DNA from: a bacterium
Lineage (GTDB): Bacteria > Patescibacteriota > Gracilibacteria > JAHISY01
Direction: 5' to 3'
Length of the DNA: 64,000 bases
NCBI GenBank assembly: GCA_021779375.1
Contig: JAJYAT010000001.1
Location: 40,724 to 104,723 of the forward strand
The notes beneath the pieces were generated by a model that worked only from the letters and a program-made list of their open reading frames with translations, ran no database searches and was not told the origin of the DNA. Shown in pieces: positions 19,714 through 28,301 of this stretch. The position numbers and the translations under genes were made by a program. Position 1 is the first letter of the stretch. Every line of letters begins with the position of its first letter.

Positions 19714-19872
19714 CTATTCGAGCAAAATTGCTTGACTGTCGATATCAGCAGAATTGCTGACTTCACCCTTGGCTGAGATTCCTGGTAACGGACGACTCAA
19801 AAAAGCATCTGCCAAAACCAGGGCGAGCGCGACTGCGATGAAAGCAGTAGCGAAAATAATAATCTTTTTCAC
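19714..19872 (-). CDS. 52-aa secreted/anchored mini-protein (below the track's length cut-off)
   Basis: GTG start. Product: MKKIIIFATAFIAVALALVLADAFLSRPLPGISAKGEVSNSADIDSQAILLE*. It has a classic n-h-c signal peptide, fills the gap between two co-directional genes, and shares its last 4 residues and a 13-nt stretch (ATTTTGCTCGAAT) covering the ILLE codons with the upstream 989-aa gene. Confidence 0.5.
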   Translation of the reverse strand: MKKIIIFATAFIAVALALVLADAFLSRPLPGISAKGEVSNSADIDSQAILLE

Positions 19873-19907
19873 GCGGTGATTTTAGCCTATCCGCGCCGAA
19901 ATTAAAA

Positions 19908-22877
19908 TTATTCGAGCAAAATCGTGCCGTCATCCACTGGAGGCAAATCTGTTTCTCCATCTGGCTTGACTCCGATTTCAGTCTCGCAAGGCCCGAAAAA
20001 ATCGGCAATTGTTTTCCAACCCGGAATCAAAATCTGAACTTCATTCAGCGGAAGACTGACTTTGTTCGCACCTTTTTCCGGCATTTGACCTTTCAGGACG
20101 AAATTGCGGAAATTGTCGAAAGATTTCTGATCTTTGAAAATCGCTTCGAATTTCGCTTTCGCCTCTGGCGAAGCATTCGCTTTCCCGAGCCATTCGTCGC
20201 GCACATTAGAATATTTACCAAGTGCGTCAGCACGACCAGTGCCAGTCCGAATGTAAGTCAAATAACCCGTGAACAAAGACGCCACCTCAAGCGTCAAGCT
20301 CAGCGGTGAATGCACATTGATCAACTCTTTCCTCGGTGCAGATTGGTTTTCCCAAATCGCCATTTTCGGCTGATGTGCTTTGTCTTTGCTAAAAGTCGGC
20401 GGAATGAAAACAGCATCGCCGATGAAAAGCGGCGATCGCGCAGCGTTGATTTTGTCCTCATCGTAAAGCACCATCTCAATCGCATCTTTCGCAGTGACAC
20501 CAATGAAGTTTCCTGGAACATTATATTTATCGAGAATTTTTTCCAATTTCGGATTACCAAGATCGGCAATCTTGATTTTGTCCAATCCGCCAGAATCATT
20601 TTGGAGTAATCTAGCCAGATAAAATGCGTCCTCTTCTTTGTCCATTTTCTTTTCCAAATCAGCAATATCTTTGCAATCCCAATCGTAAAGCAATTTAGCT
20701 GCTTTAAACATGCGCTCATCTGCACCGCGGTCTGCCCACTTTTTCTGCCAAGTGTTTTTGGCTTCGAGTCTTTTTGCAAACGAATTAATTGTTTTGCCAT
20801 CGCCAGCCGCTGTAATTGTTTTTTCAAGGTCAGCAGCCATGATAGGAAGTGCCTTTTCGTCTAAGTTTTTTTCAACATATTTCGCGAGCGACTCACGCGA
20901 CTGACCCAAAACATCATCGACATTTTCGGCGATAAATTTATGTGGTTTCGTGTCGAGACGTTTGCGGGCGTTGAGATATTCACTCTCGCGCAGTGTCTTG
21001 CCGCGCAAATCGACAATCGCCGGATCTGGAAGATTGTTAAATTCCGAGCCCGGCTTGAACCAATCCATGACGCGAGGTATGAGCGTCCAACCATCCGGCA
21101 CATTCTTGAAATACTGAACTGCGTTGATTGGGACAGCTTTCGGTTTTTCAGGTTGCGGAGCTGGCGCAGGCGCGACGGGCGGCTTCAGCGCTTCTAATTT
21201 TTTAATGACAACCGCCGGATTTTCGCAGTTCGGGATTTCGATCTGCGCGATCTTGTAATTCGCGACTTCATCCGGACTAATCGTGTCTTGTTTCAAATAT
21301 TTTTTAAGAATATTTGCCTTATCCTTTTTGTCAGAAATTTCAAGATATTTGTAAATGTACGTCTCCTTCGGGCGCAGCGTCTGCGGCGCGTCGATGTTAT
21401 TTTCCCAAGTGTCGCCATTCGATTGGTCGATGTACGCTTCGAGTTTGCCACCATGTGCTTTCTGATCCACACGCAGCATGAAAACCTCACCACCACTCAA
21501 AATGTCTTTGACCTCTTGCTTGTGTTCATTCGGCTTGGCACTGAGTTTTTCCGCGCTGGAGTCGGAATACAAAACATTCCACCTCATCCCAAGTCCAACC
21601 TTTTCAGCAAAAAGTTCTTCGACTTTTTTACCGCCCGACAATCCCTGGACCTGATTGTTGAGCGCCATTTCTCGTTCTGGAGAATTACCTTTCGCGACGC
21701 GACCATAGCTCACATCGAGCACTTTGAAAGTCTCGATTAATTCCGCCTTTTTGGCTGGCGACAATTTAGACTCCTTCACCTGTTGTTCAAATTGCCGTGA
21801 GCTGCCGAGACGCAATTTTTGCATCTTCGCTGGGTTGTTCAAATCTTCTGGCTTCAATGCGAATAGTGCCGCGACCTCAGCCGGCACGCCTTTTTTCGTG
21901 CTAGGTTTCGCGCTAAGGTCTACGACGTTTGATTTCACGCCATCGACATAACTCATGGCAACCCAGCCGCCTTTGTCTAATTTTCCCCACCATCGTTTTT
22001 CTCCTTTACCAAATTTACCGGATTTAACTTGGACAATCCTAATTTCCTCGCCGACTGCCACTAAACCGGTTCTCTTACCGTCTTCGCTCAAGACTTTGAG
22101 GGCTTCTTTCGCGCGGAATTTACCTGGCACGAAATTCACCGGCTCATTACTTTCTGCGCCGTAAACTGCCTCGAGATCTCTCTGATATCTCGCTGCGCCA
22201 CCCTCCAATAAATATTTGACTGAAGACGCTCCTGGATTTTTTGGAGCAGCATCGTGAATATCAGACTCTTGAATAGCAGCTTTTGCCGGAGCAGCTTTTT
22301 CAGCTGGCGCGAAAGTAAATCCGTCTTTGATAACTTCAGAAAATGGTCGCGCTGTCGGAATCTTACCTTTCTCATAAAGATTGGCATCGACCTGAAAACC
22401 CGCAGAATTAAAAATTCTTTCTAATTGATCAGGCGTAACTTTTTCGCCCGTAAGTTTGTTGTGAGCCAGCACTAATTTGACCGCACTCTCACTCGCGTGC
22501 ACGAGCATGAAACGCCCTTTCTCAATCTGAACCGCTGTTCCCACTTCTTGATCGTGTTTTTCAATCAAGCCATTGACCATCTCATCCATCTGCGCGTCGG
22601 TCAGTTCGATGTTTTGGGCTTTTTCAATCGCCTCTTTCAATAATTTAATCGCGTCTTCGGATTCTTTTGTCCGCTTCTGGCGCTCGAGAGTTTTCAGTTC
22701 TTGGAGTTTTTCCGCCAAGGATTTTTTTTCCTGCGAATTAATCTTGCCAAGCTCCTTCCCCGTCGCCGAATCTTGCGGCGCATCAAGACGCTTGTTAAAC
22801 GGCAACTCCACTCTGATTAGCCGCGCTTCGTGCAGCGCGCAATCAATCGGCGCGAAGGTCTGGATTTTGTTTTGCAT
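19908..22877 (-). CDS. Lys-rich 989-aa protein of unknown function (no signal peptide, no TM segment)
   Basis: Long uninterrupted ORF. Coiled-coil-like N-terminus (KSLAEKLQELKTLERQKRTKESEDAIKLLKEAIEKAQ). A possible SH3b-like stretch (GEKRWWGKLDKGGWVAMSYV). A Pro-rich linker (KPPVAPAPAPQPEKPK). I recognise no catalytic motif. Confidence 0.7.
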   Translation of the reverse strand: MQNKIQTFAPIDCALHEARLIRVELPFNKRLDAPQDSATGKELGKINSQEKKSLAEKLQELKTLERQKRTKESEDAIKLLKEAIEKAQNIELTDAQMDEMVNGLIEKHDQEVGTAVQIEKGRFMLVHASESAVKLVLAHNKLTGEKVTPDQLERIFNSAGFQVDANLYEKGKIPTARPFSEVIKDGFTFAPAEKAAPAKAAIQESDIHDAAPKNPGASSVKYLLEGGAARYQRDLEAVYGAESNEPVNFVPGKFRAKEALKVLSEDGKRTGLVAVGEEIRIVQVKSGKFGKGEKRWWGKLDKGGWVAMSYVDGVKSNVVDLSAKPSTKKGVPAEVAALFALKPEDLNNPAKMQKLRLGSSRQFEQQVKESKLSPAKKAELIETFKVLDVSYGRVAKGNSPEREMALNNQVQGLSGGKKVEELFAEKVGLGMRWNVLYSDSSAEKLSAKPNEHKQEVKDILSGGEVFMLRVDQKAHGGKLEAYIDQSNGDTWENNIDAPQTLRPKETYIYKYLEISDKKDKANILKKYLKQDTISPDEVANYKIAQIEIPNCENPAVVIKKLEALKPPVAPAPAPQPEKPKAVPINAVQYFKNVPDGWTLIPRVMDWFKPGSEFNNLPDPAIVDLRGKTLRESEYLNARKRLDTKPHKFIAENVDDVLGQSRESLAKYVEKNLDEKALPIMAADLEKTITAAGDGKTINSFAKRLEAKNTWQKKWADRGADERMFKAAKLLYDWDCKDIADLEKKMDKEEDAFYLARLLQNDSGGLDKIKIADLGNPKLEKILDKYNVPGNFIGVTAKDAIEMVLYDEDKINAARSPLFIGDAVFIPPTFSKDKAHQPKMAIWENQSAPRKELINVHSPLSLTLEVASLFTGYLTYIRTGTGRADALGKYSNVRDEWLGKANASPEAKAKFEAIFKDQKSFDNFRNFVLKGQMPEKGANKVSLPLNEVQILIPGWKTIADFFGPCETEIGVKPDGETDLPPVDDGTILLE

Positions 22878-22947
22878 TTTGAGAGAGTTAATTTTTATTT
22901 TTAATTTTAAATCTTTTTATTTTACCATTTTTTATTAAAAAATACAA

Positions 22948-23640
22948 CTAGCGATACAAAAGTCCCTGCACCGCCGCGACGATAATGTACGCGAGCAAAA
23001 CGATGACCAGTCCGGCGATTGAGTAAATAATCATCGTCTTGGCTTTTTGGGCGTCGTTGTCATTGCCCGCCGCAGTGACGAGTCGGAAACCGCCAATCAC
23101 GAGAAAAACGAAAGCCGTCAGACCGACCATTTTGGCTGCCAGATCAATCACCTTATCCATGAAAATCTGCAAATTTCCTGCACGATCTTGGTTATTGTTC
23201 ACATTAAGAATCTTCTTCGTATCGACGCTTTTGAATCTATTAACTCTTTGCTGCAACTCAGTGACTTTTGCTGAGAGCTCGTTTTTAGATTTCGACAGCG
23301 CCGCGATAATCTCTAGAGGATCGGTCTCCCCTGTCTTGGTGTTACCCGTACCGTAAATCCCATCACAAGTCGTCTGTGTCCCGTCAGGACCGATGATACT
23401 GCATCTAAACCACAAATCAGTGGCGAAATCACAAGCACCAGAACAATCTGAAAAATTATTCAGAATGGTTGTGGCTGCCTGGAGTTCCGCAGTTTTCGCC
23501 GCTAGCGCAGCATTGCAGTTCACCTCGGTCGCACACTCATCCACATCAGCCGTGGCAGCAGATGCAACACCGCCGAAAAGCAGCGCGACGACTGGCAGCA
23601 CGAGTAAAGCCGTGAAGAATGTTTGGATTTTTGTTTTCAA
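22948..23640 (-). CDS. T4SS-type pilin (TrbC/VirB2-like, T4SS_pilin-type C-terminal hairpin) with a ~150-aa Cys-containing N-terminal extension
   Basis: TTG start. Signal peptide MKTKIQTFFTALLVLPVVALLFGGVASA. The C-terminal 70 aa, VIDLAAKMVGLTAFVFLVIGGFRLVTAAGNDNDAQKAKTMIIYSIAGLVIVLLAYIIVAAVQGLL, form the two-helix hairpin with the G..(K/R)...S/A.G....AK motif typical of CPR/Firmicute T4SS pilins. Confidence 0.7.
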   Translation of the reverse strand: MKTKIQTFFTALLVLPVVALLFGGVASAATADVDECATEVNCNAALAAKTAELQAATTILNNFSDCSGACDFATDLWFRCSIIGPDGTQTTCDGIYGTGNTKTGETDPLEIIAALSKSKNELSAKVTELQQRVNRFKSVDTKKILNVNNNQDRAGNLQIFMDKVIDLAAKMVGLTAFVFLVIGGFRLVTAAGNDNDAQKAKTMIIYSIAGLVIVLLAYIIVAAVQGLLYR

Positions 23641-23696
23641 AATTGGTTTTAAATCGTCTCATTTTAGCAAATTTCAAGCTAAAATTCAATCTGAAA

Positions 23697-25010
23697 ATGC
23701 TGAAATCCGCTGAAAAAATCGTTCGAATTCTGCGTGAGCATGGTTTCGAAAGCTACTTCGCCGGCGGTGCAGTACGCGACCAGCTTTTGAATCGCCCGAC
23801 CTCTGACGTCGATATCGCGACTACCGCCACGCCAGAGGAAATCGAGCAAATTTTCCCGCAGACGAAAGCACTCGGGCGCGAATTTGGCGTAATGTTGGTC
23901 ATCTTCGGACGGCACGCTTTCGAGGTTGCGACTTTCCGTGGCGAGCGCAATTACGACGGGAGAAAACCGGGCGAAGTTTTTTTCACGAGCGCAGCGGAAG
24001 ATGCCAGGCGACGCGACTTCACAGTGAATGGCATGTTTTGGGATCCAATCGCCCGCAAAGTTTTGGATTTCGTCGGCGGACAAAAAGACCTGAAAAAGCG
24101 GCTAATTCGCTTCATCGGCGATGCCGACGCGAGAGCGAGCGAAGATTTTTTGCGAATCCTGCGCGGCGTGCGCTTCCGCAATTTGCTGAATTTCGAATAC
24201 GACGAGCCGACGAGAAATGCGATTCGCAAGCACGCGCACCAATTGCAACAAATTTCCGGCGAACGCATCCGCGACGAGCTGACGAAAATTTTGGAAAATG
24301 AAAATCGCGGACGTGCCTTCCGTGACTTGGCTGAATTCGGAATCCTGGACACAGTTCTGCCCGAACTTTTGAAATTGAGAAATTTGGAGCAGCCGCCACG
24401 CTGGCACCGCGAAGGCGATGTCTTCACGCACTCACTCGGCTCACTCGCGAGCTTGCCGAAGTCCGCCAGTGCCGCGCTCGCTTTCGCGACGCTGCTGCAC
24501 GATGTCGGCAAGGCAGAAACTTCGCGCTTGGAAAATGGTGAAATTACCTATCCCGGCCACGCAGAAAAAAGCGCACTGATCGCGGAAAAGATTTTGCGAC
24601 GACTAAAATTCGACGGCGCGACACGCGCGAAAATCGTCTGGCTCGTCGCCCACCACATGAATTTTTTTGACATTCCGAAAATGCGGCTCGCGCGCCGCCA
24701 TGAATTTTTCGTGCATCCGTGGTTCGCCGACTTGGTGAAATTAACAGCGGCAGACATCCGCGGGACTAGTCCGGCGAATTTCGGTCTGCACCGCGAGGTC
24801 ACGCACGAGTGGCGGATTCACGCCACGGAAAAACTTTTGCCGCCACCGCAATTATTTTTGAACGGCGAGGAAATCAGCCGCGAACTTTTCGTACCGCGCG
24901 GTCGAGAGCTCGGTCGGCTGATTCGCATTTTGAAAGATGCCCAAGTCGAAGGCTTGGTGCGAAACCGCGCCGAAGCGCTGAAGTTTCTCGAAAGCTGTTT
25001 GAAGCGTTAA
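23697..25010 (+). CDS. cca: CCA-adding enzyme / tRNA nucleotidyltransferase with HD domain
   Basis: GGAVRDQLLNRPTSDVDIAT (pol-beta NTase motif), RDFTVNGMF, and the HD region LLHDVGK. The track start 23619 overlaps the divergent pilin gene. ATG at 23697 (MLKSAEKIVRIL...) is the likely start. Confidence 0.85.
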   Translation: MLKSAEKIVRILREHGFESYFAGGAVRDQLLNRPTSDVDIATTATPEEIEQIFPQTKALGREFGVMLVIFGRHAFEVATFRGERNYDGRKPGEVFFTSAAEDARRRDFTVNGMFWDPIARKVLDFVGGQKDLKKRLIRFIGDADARASEDFLRILRGVRFRNLLNFEYDEPTRNAIRKHAHQLQQISGERIRDELTKILENENRGRAFRDLAEFGILDTVLPELLKLRNLEQPPRWHREGDVFTHSLGSLASLPKSASAALAFATLLHDVGKAETSRLENGEITYPGHAEKSALIAEKILRRLKFDGATRAKIVWLVAHHMNFFDIPKMRLARRHEFFVHPWFADLVKLTAADIRGTSPANFGLHREVTHEWRIHATEKLLPPPQLFLNGEEISRELFVPRGRELGRLIRILKDAQVEGLVRNRAEALKFLESCLKR

Positions 25011-25313
25011 TTACTTAGTCGCCTTTTCAGCCGGCCATTTTTTGAATGCGAATAACAGAAAAATAGCTGCCTGAATAATCAGCAGCAGAAAAAGCGCATA
25101 CGCCGTGATTAACCAAATAAAGCTAAAAACCGGATTGAAACTCGCCAGCATGAATTCAGAAGACAAAGCATAAATAAGATAAATCGTACCTGGCGTGACC
25201 ATCAGGATTTTCCATCCTATGCCGAAACCCATCCTGGAAACAATTTTCCAGAGCGAGAACAAAATCACAAGCAAGCTTAGTGGTAGTGGTGTCGAAAAAA
25301 GAATTGAAGGCAA
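25011..25313 (-). CDS. Small (100 aa) 3-TM membrane protein, unknown function
   Basis: ORF with three hydrophobic helices. Its end abuts the cca stop with zero gap (convergent). No recognisable motif. Confidence 0.4.
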   Translation of the reverse strand: MPSILFSTPLPLSLLVILFSLWKIVSRMGFGIGWKILMVTPGTIYLIYALSSEFMLASFNPVFSFIWLITAYALFLLLIIQAAIFLLFAFKKWPAEKATK

Positions 25314-25404
25314 GGCTAGAAGGTTAAATGCTTGGCAATTATTGTCTGAATCTTAGCTGTAAATAAAGTTTTTAGAAATTTTCTGAAAGCGTTAAACTCG
25401 GACC

Positions 25405-26370
25405 ATGCGAATTTTGTCTGGAATCCAGCCTTCGGGCAGTCTACACCTCGGAAATTATTTCGGAGCGATTGAGCAGTTTTTGAATTTTCAGAAAAGTGGC
25501 GCCGAGCTCTTCATCTTCGTCGCCGACCTGCACGCGCTCACGACGGCGAAAAATCCAGCTGACCTCAAGCGCAGTATTTTCGAGGTCGCAGCGGCTTTCA
25601 TCGCGTTCGGCTTGGTCGATGAAAAGACGACGATTTACAGACAATCCGACGTGCCCGAGACGCTCGAACTTTTTTGGATTCTCTCCTGCCTCGCGCCGAT
25701 GGGTTTGCTCGAACGCGCTGTCAGCTTCAAAGACAAAACTGTGCGCGGACTCGACGCGAATGTCGGACTCTTCAATTATCCGATTTTGCAGGCCGCTGAT
25801 ATTTTGATCCTGCAACCGGACAAAGTGCCGGTCGGCAAAGATCAGAAGCAACATCTCGAAATCACGCGCGACCTGGCGGAAAAATTTAATTCTCAATTCG
25901 GCGCAACACTGAAATTACCCGAACCGGAAATTCCGAAAAAAGTCGCGGTCGTGCCGGGCACCGACGGCGAAAAAATGTCGAAGAGTTACGGCAACGCGAT
26001 TGAAATTTTTGCCGAAGAAAGTGTTTTGCGGAAGCAAATCATGCGCATCAAAACCGACTCGACGGCGAAAGGTCAGCCGCTCGATTATGCTAAATGCCTG
26101 GTTTTTCAGCTGTTTAAGCTTTTCGCGACCGCAGCGGAAGAAAAAGATTTGGCGGAAAAATACCGCAACGGCGAGGTCGGCTACGGCGACGCGAAGCAGA
26201 TTTTATTTGAAAAGGTTCTGACGAAATTCGGTCCGGCACGGAAGAAATTTCAAGAGCTGCAAAAAAATCCCAGCGAAGTCACCAAGATTTTGGAGCAGGG
26301 CGGCGCGAAAGCCCGCGGCGAAGCCGCGGCGAATTTGGCAAAAATTCGTACGAAAATTGGTCTGAAATGA
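25405..26370 (+). CDS. trpS: Tryptophan--tRNA ligase
   Basis: 321 aa. Contains GIQPSGSLHLGNYFGAI (HIGH-type) and KMSKS. Confidence 0.9.
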   Translation: MRILSGIQPSGSLHLGNYFGAIEQFLNFQKSGAELFIFVADLHALTTAKNPADLKRSIFEVAAAFIAFGLVDEKTTIYRQSDVPETLELFWILSCLAPMGLLERAVSFKDKTVRGLDANVGLFNYPILQAADILILQPDKVPVGKDQKQHLEITRDLAEKFNSQFGATLKLPEPEIPKKVAVVPGTDGEKMSKSYGNAIEIFAEESVLRKQIMRIKTDSTAKGQPLDYAKCLVFQLFKLFATAAEEKDLAEKYRNGEVGYGDAKQILFEKVLTKFGPARKKFQELQKNPSEVTKILEQGGAKARGEAAANLAKIRTKIGLK

Positions 26371-27302
26371 AATTCACCGACGCCGTCGACGATTTTCTCA
26401 CTTCGGTCCGCATCGAGAAAAATCAGTCGGAAAAAACGGCTCAAAATTACGAGCACTATTTGGGGCGCGCCGCCGATTTTTTTGGTGCGGAAAAAAATGT
26501 CGGCGCGATTAGCTTCCGTGATGTACAGAAATTTTTGTTGCATTTAAACGACTTCGAATCGCGCGGAGCCAAACTCAGCGTCAAGACGCGCGGCTACCAC
26601 GCCATCGCTTTGCGCGCGCTTTTCAAATTTCTCGCGAAGCGCGACATCGACTGTCTCGCGGCGGAAAAAATTGATGTGCCGAAATCGGAGAAACGCGTCG
26701 TCGAATTTTTGACTGCCGAAGAACTGAATCGGCTTTTTGCCACAGTCGGTAACGTAAGGACAGGTTTGAAACCTGTCCCCACACGCGACTTCCGCGATGC
26801 GGCGATTCTGGAAACGCTTTATTCCACCGGTCTGCGCGTCTCAGAACTCGTCGGACTGAATCGTAATCAGGTCGATCTCGAGAGGCGCGAGTTCGCTGTG
26901 ACCGGCAAGGGTCGCAAAACGCGCATTGTTTTTTTGACGCCCGAGGCAGCGGAAAAAATTGGAAAATATCTGAATCGACGCACGGACAATCTCCCCGCCG
27001 TCTTCCTCTCACATTCAAGAAGTTCGAAAGCGGATGAAATCGTCGGCGGTCCAAATACGAAAAGACTGACTGCTTGGAGCGTCGCAGCAATCGTACGGAA
27101 ATACGCGCTCGCCGCCGGTCTCGTGAAAAAAGTGACGCCGCACACTCTGCGCCATTCCTTCGCGACGACACTGCTAAATAATGGTGCCGACATCCGCAGC
27201 GTCCAGGAAATGCTTGGTCACGCCTCAATCACGACGACACAAATCTATACGCACGTGACGAACAAAAGACTGCGCGAGGTGCATGCTAAATTTCATCGCT
27301 AA
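26367..27302 (+). CDS. Tyrosine recombinase XerC/XerD family
   Basis: Contains GLRVSELVGL and HTLRHSFATTLLNNGADIRSVQEMLGHASITTTQIYTHV. ATGA overlap with trpS. Confidence 0.85.
   Translation: MKFTDAVDDFLTSVRIEKNQSEKTAQNYEHYLGRAADFFGAEKNVGAISFRDVQKFLLHLNDFESRGAKLSVKTRGYHAIALRALFKFLAKRDIDCLAAEKIDVPKSEKRVVEFLTAEELNRLFATVGNVRTGLKPVPTRDFRDAAILETLYSTGLRVSELVGLNRNQVDLERREFAVTGKGRKTRIVFLTPEAAEKIGKYLNRRTDNLPAVFLSHSRSSKADEIVGGPNTKRLTAWSVAAIVRKYALAAGLVKKVTPHTLRHSFATTLLNNGADIRSVQEMLGHASITTTQIYTHVTNKRLREVHAKFHR
26758..26778. repeat. Hairpin GGACAGGTT-TGA-AACCTGTCC embedded in frame in the xer gene
   Basis: 9-bp perfect stem with a 3-nt loop. It encodes RTGLKPVP inside a segment (GNVRTGLKPVPT) that looks like an insertion ahead of the conserved RD.AILE.LY.TGLRVSEL block. 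Confidence 0.7.
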
Positions 27303-27534
27303 ACATTCTGATTCGCTTCTGCTTTTTAGCAAGTAACTTCTCAACTCTCTTCCGAAGATTTATAAATTCAGGAAAAACCAACCCAAGAATTTCAAGCATG
27401 CAGTGCAAACTTACCCTTAGATGTGGAGAAATTTCTTCGCCGAGCTTCGCTCGCTGTTCACAATCAGCCAAAAATTGACGCACTTTCCCAAAATTTTCTG
27501 AGATTACCGTGACAGAATCGTTTTCCTTTTCCAA
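27286..27534 (-). CDS. Hypothetical 82-aa protein (weak call)
   Basis: It is the only sizeable ORF in the xer-lemA spacer and looks AT-rich by eye. It overlaps the xer 3' end by 17 nt. No motif recognised. Confidence 0.3.
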   Translation of the reverse strand: MEKENDSVTVISENFGKVRQFLADCEQRAKLGEEISPHLRVSLHCMLEILGLVFPEFINLRKRVEKLLAKKQKRIRMFSDEI

Positions 27535-27714
27535 AATTTTTAAATTAAAAAGTAGGCGATATTTTCCGCAAGCTCCCCCATTTGGTCAAATTCGCTTGCT
27601 GAAATTTTATTTTGATTAAATTTGCGTTTATAGTCAAATTATTTGAAAATGCGCTTAACTTTTGAAAAAATCGGTTAAGATTGACCGAGTTTCAAATTTT
27701 TAACCTCTTCTATC

Positions 27715-28296
27715 ATGTCAAAGAAAATCTTCTCTCCTCTCGTCATCACACTCGCCATCCTCGTGGTTTTGGCACTCGGCGCGATTGGCAGCTACAACTC
27801 ACTCGTCACACTCGAAACCAATGTTGATAAAACTTTCGCCGACATCGAAACACAATATCAACGCCGTTTCGATCTCATTCCGAATATCGTAAATACAGCC
27901 AAGGGCGAAGCTAATTTCGAACAAACGACTTTGCAAAATGTCGTCGCCGCGCGCTCAGCCTGGGCAGCCGCTGGCACGACCAATGAAAAAATTGACGCAG
28001 CTAACAATTTCGAAGGTGCACTTTCGAGACTACTCGTGACCGTCGAAGCTTATCCGACACTGAAAGCGACTCAAGCTTATCAAGACCTAATCACTGAACT
28101 GGAAGGCACGGAAAATCGTATCGCCTACGCACGCAGCGAATTCAACACAGCCGCAACTGAATACAACAAATCCGTCCGCCAATTCCCGCGCAATCTCATC
28201 GCGAGCGTCTTCAAGTTCGATGCGAAAAAAGAATTATTTCAGGCGGCGAACGGTGCTGATGTCGTCCCAGTCGTTGATTTTGGTGTTAATCAATAA
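27715..28296 (+). CDS. lemA: LemA family protein
   Basis: N-terminal TM helix, then YNSLVTLETNVDKTFADIETQYQRRFDLIPNIV...RIAYARSEFNTAATEYN, the typical LemA pattern. Confidence 0.85.
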   Translation: MSKKIFSPLVITLAILVVLALGAIGSYNSLVTLETNVDKTFADIETQYQRRFDLIPNIVNTAKGEANFEQTTLQNVVAARSAWAAAGTTNEKIDAANNFEGALSRLLVTVEAYPTLKATQAYQDLITELEGTENRIAYARSEFNTAATEYNKSVRQFPRNLIASVFKFDAKKELFQAANGADVVPVVDFGVNQ

Positions 28297-28301
28297 TCTC
28301 G

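Noticed and set aside
19763-20008. 81-aa minus-strand ORF spanning the 989-aa gene's 3' end and the spacer.
   Set aside because: It overlaps the end of the 989-aa gene in another frame. The 52-aa signal-peptide ORF (19714-19872) explains the spacer better.
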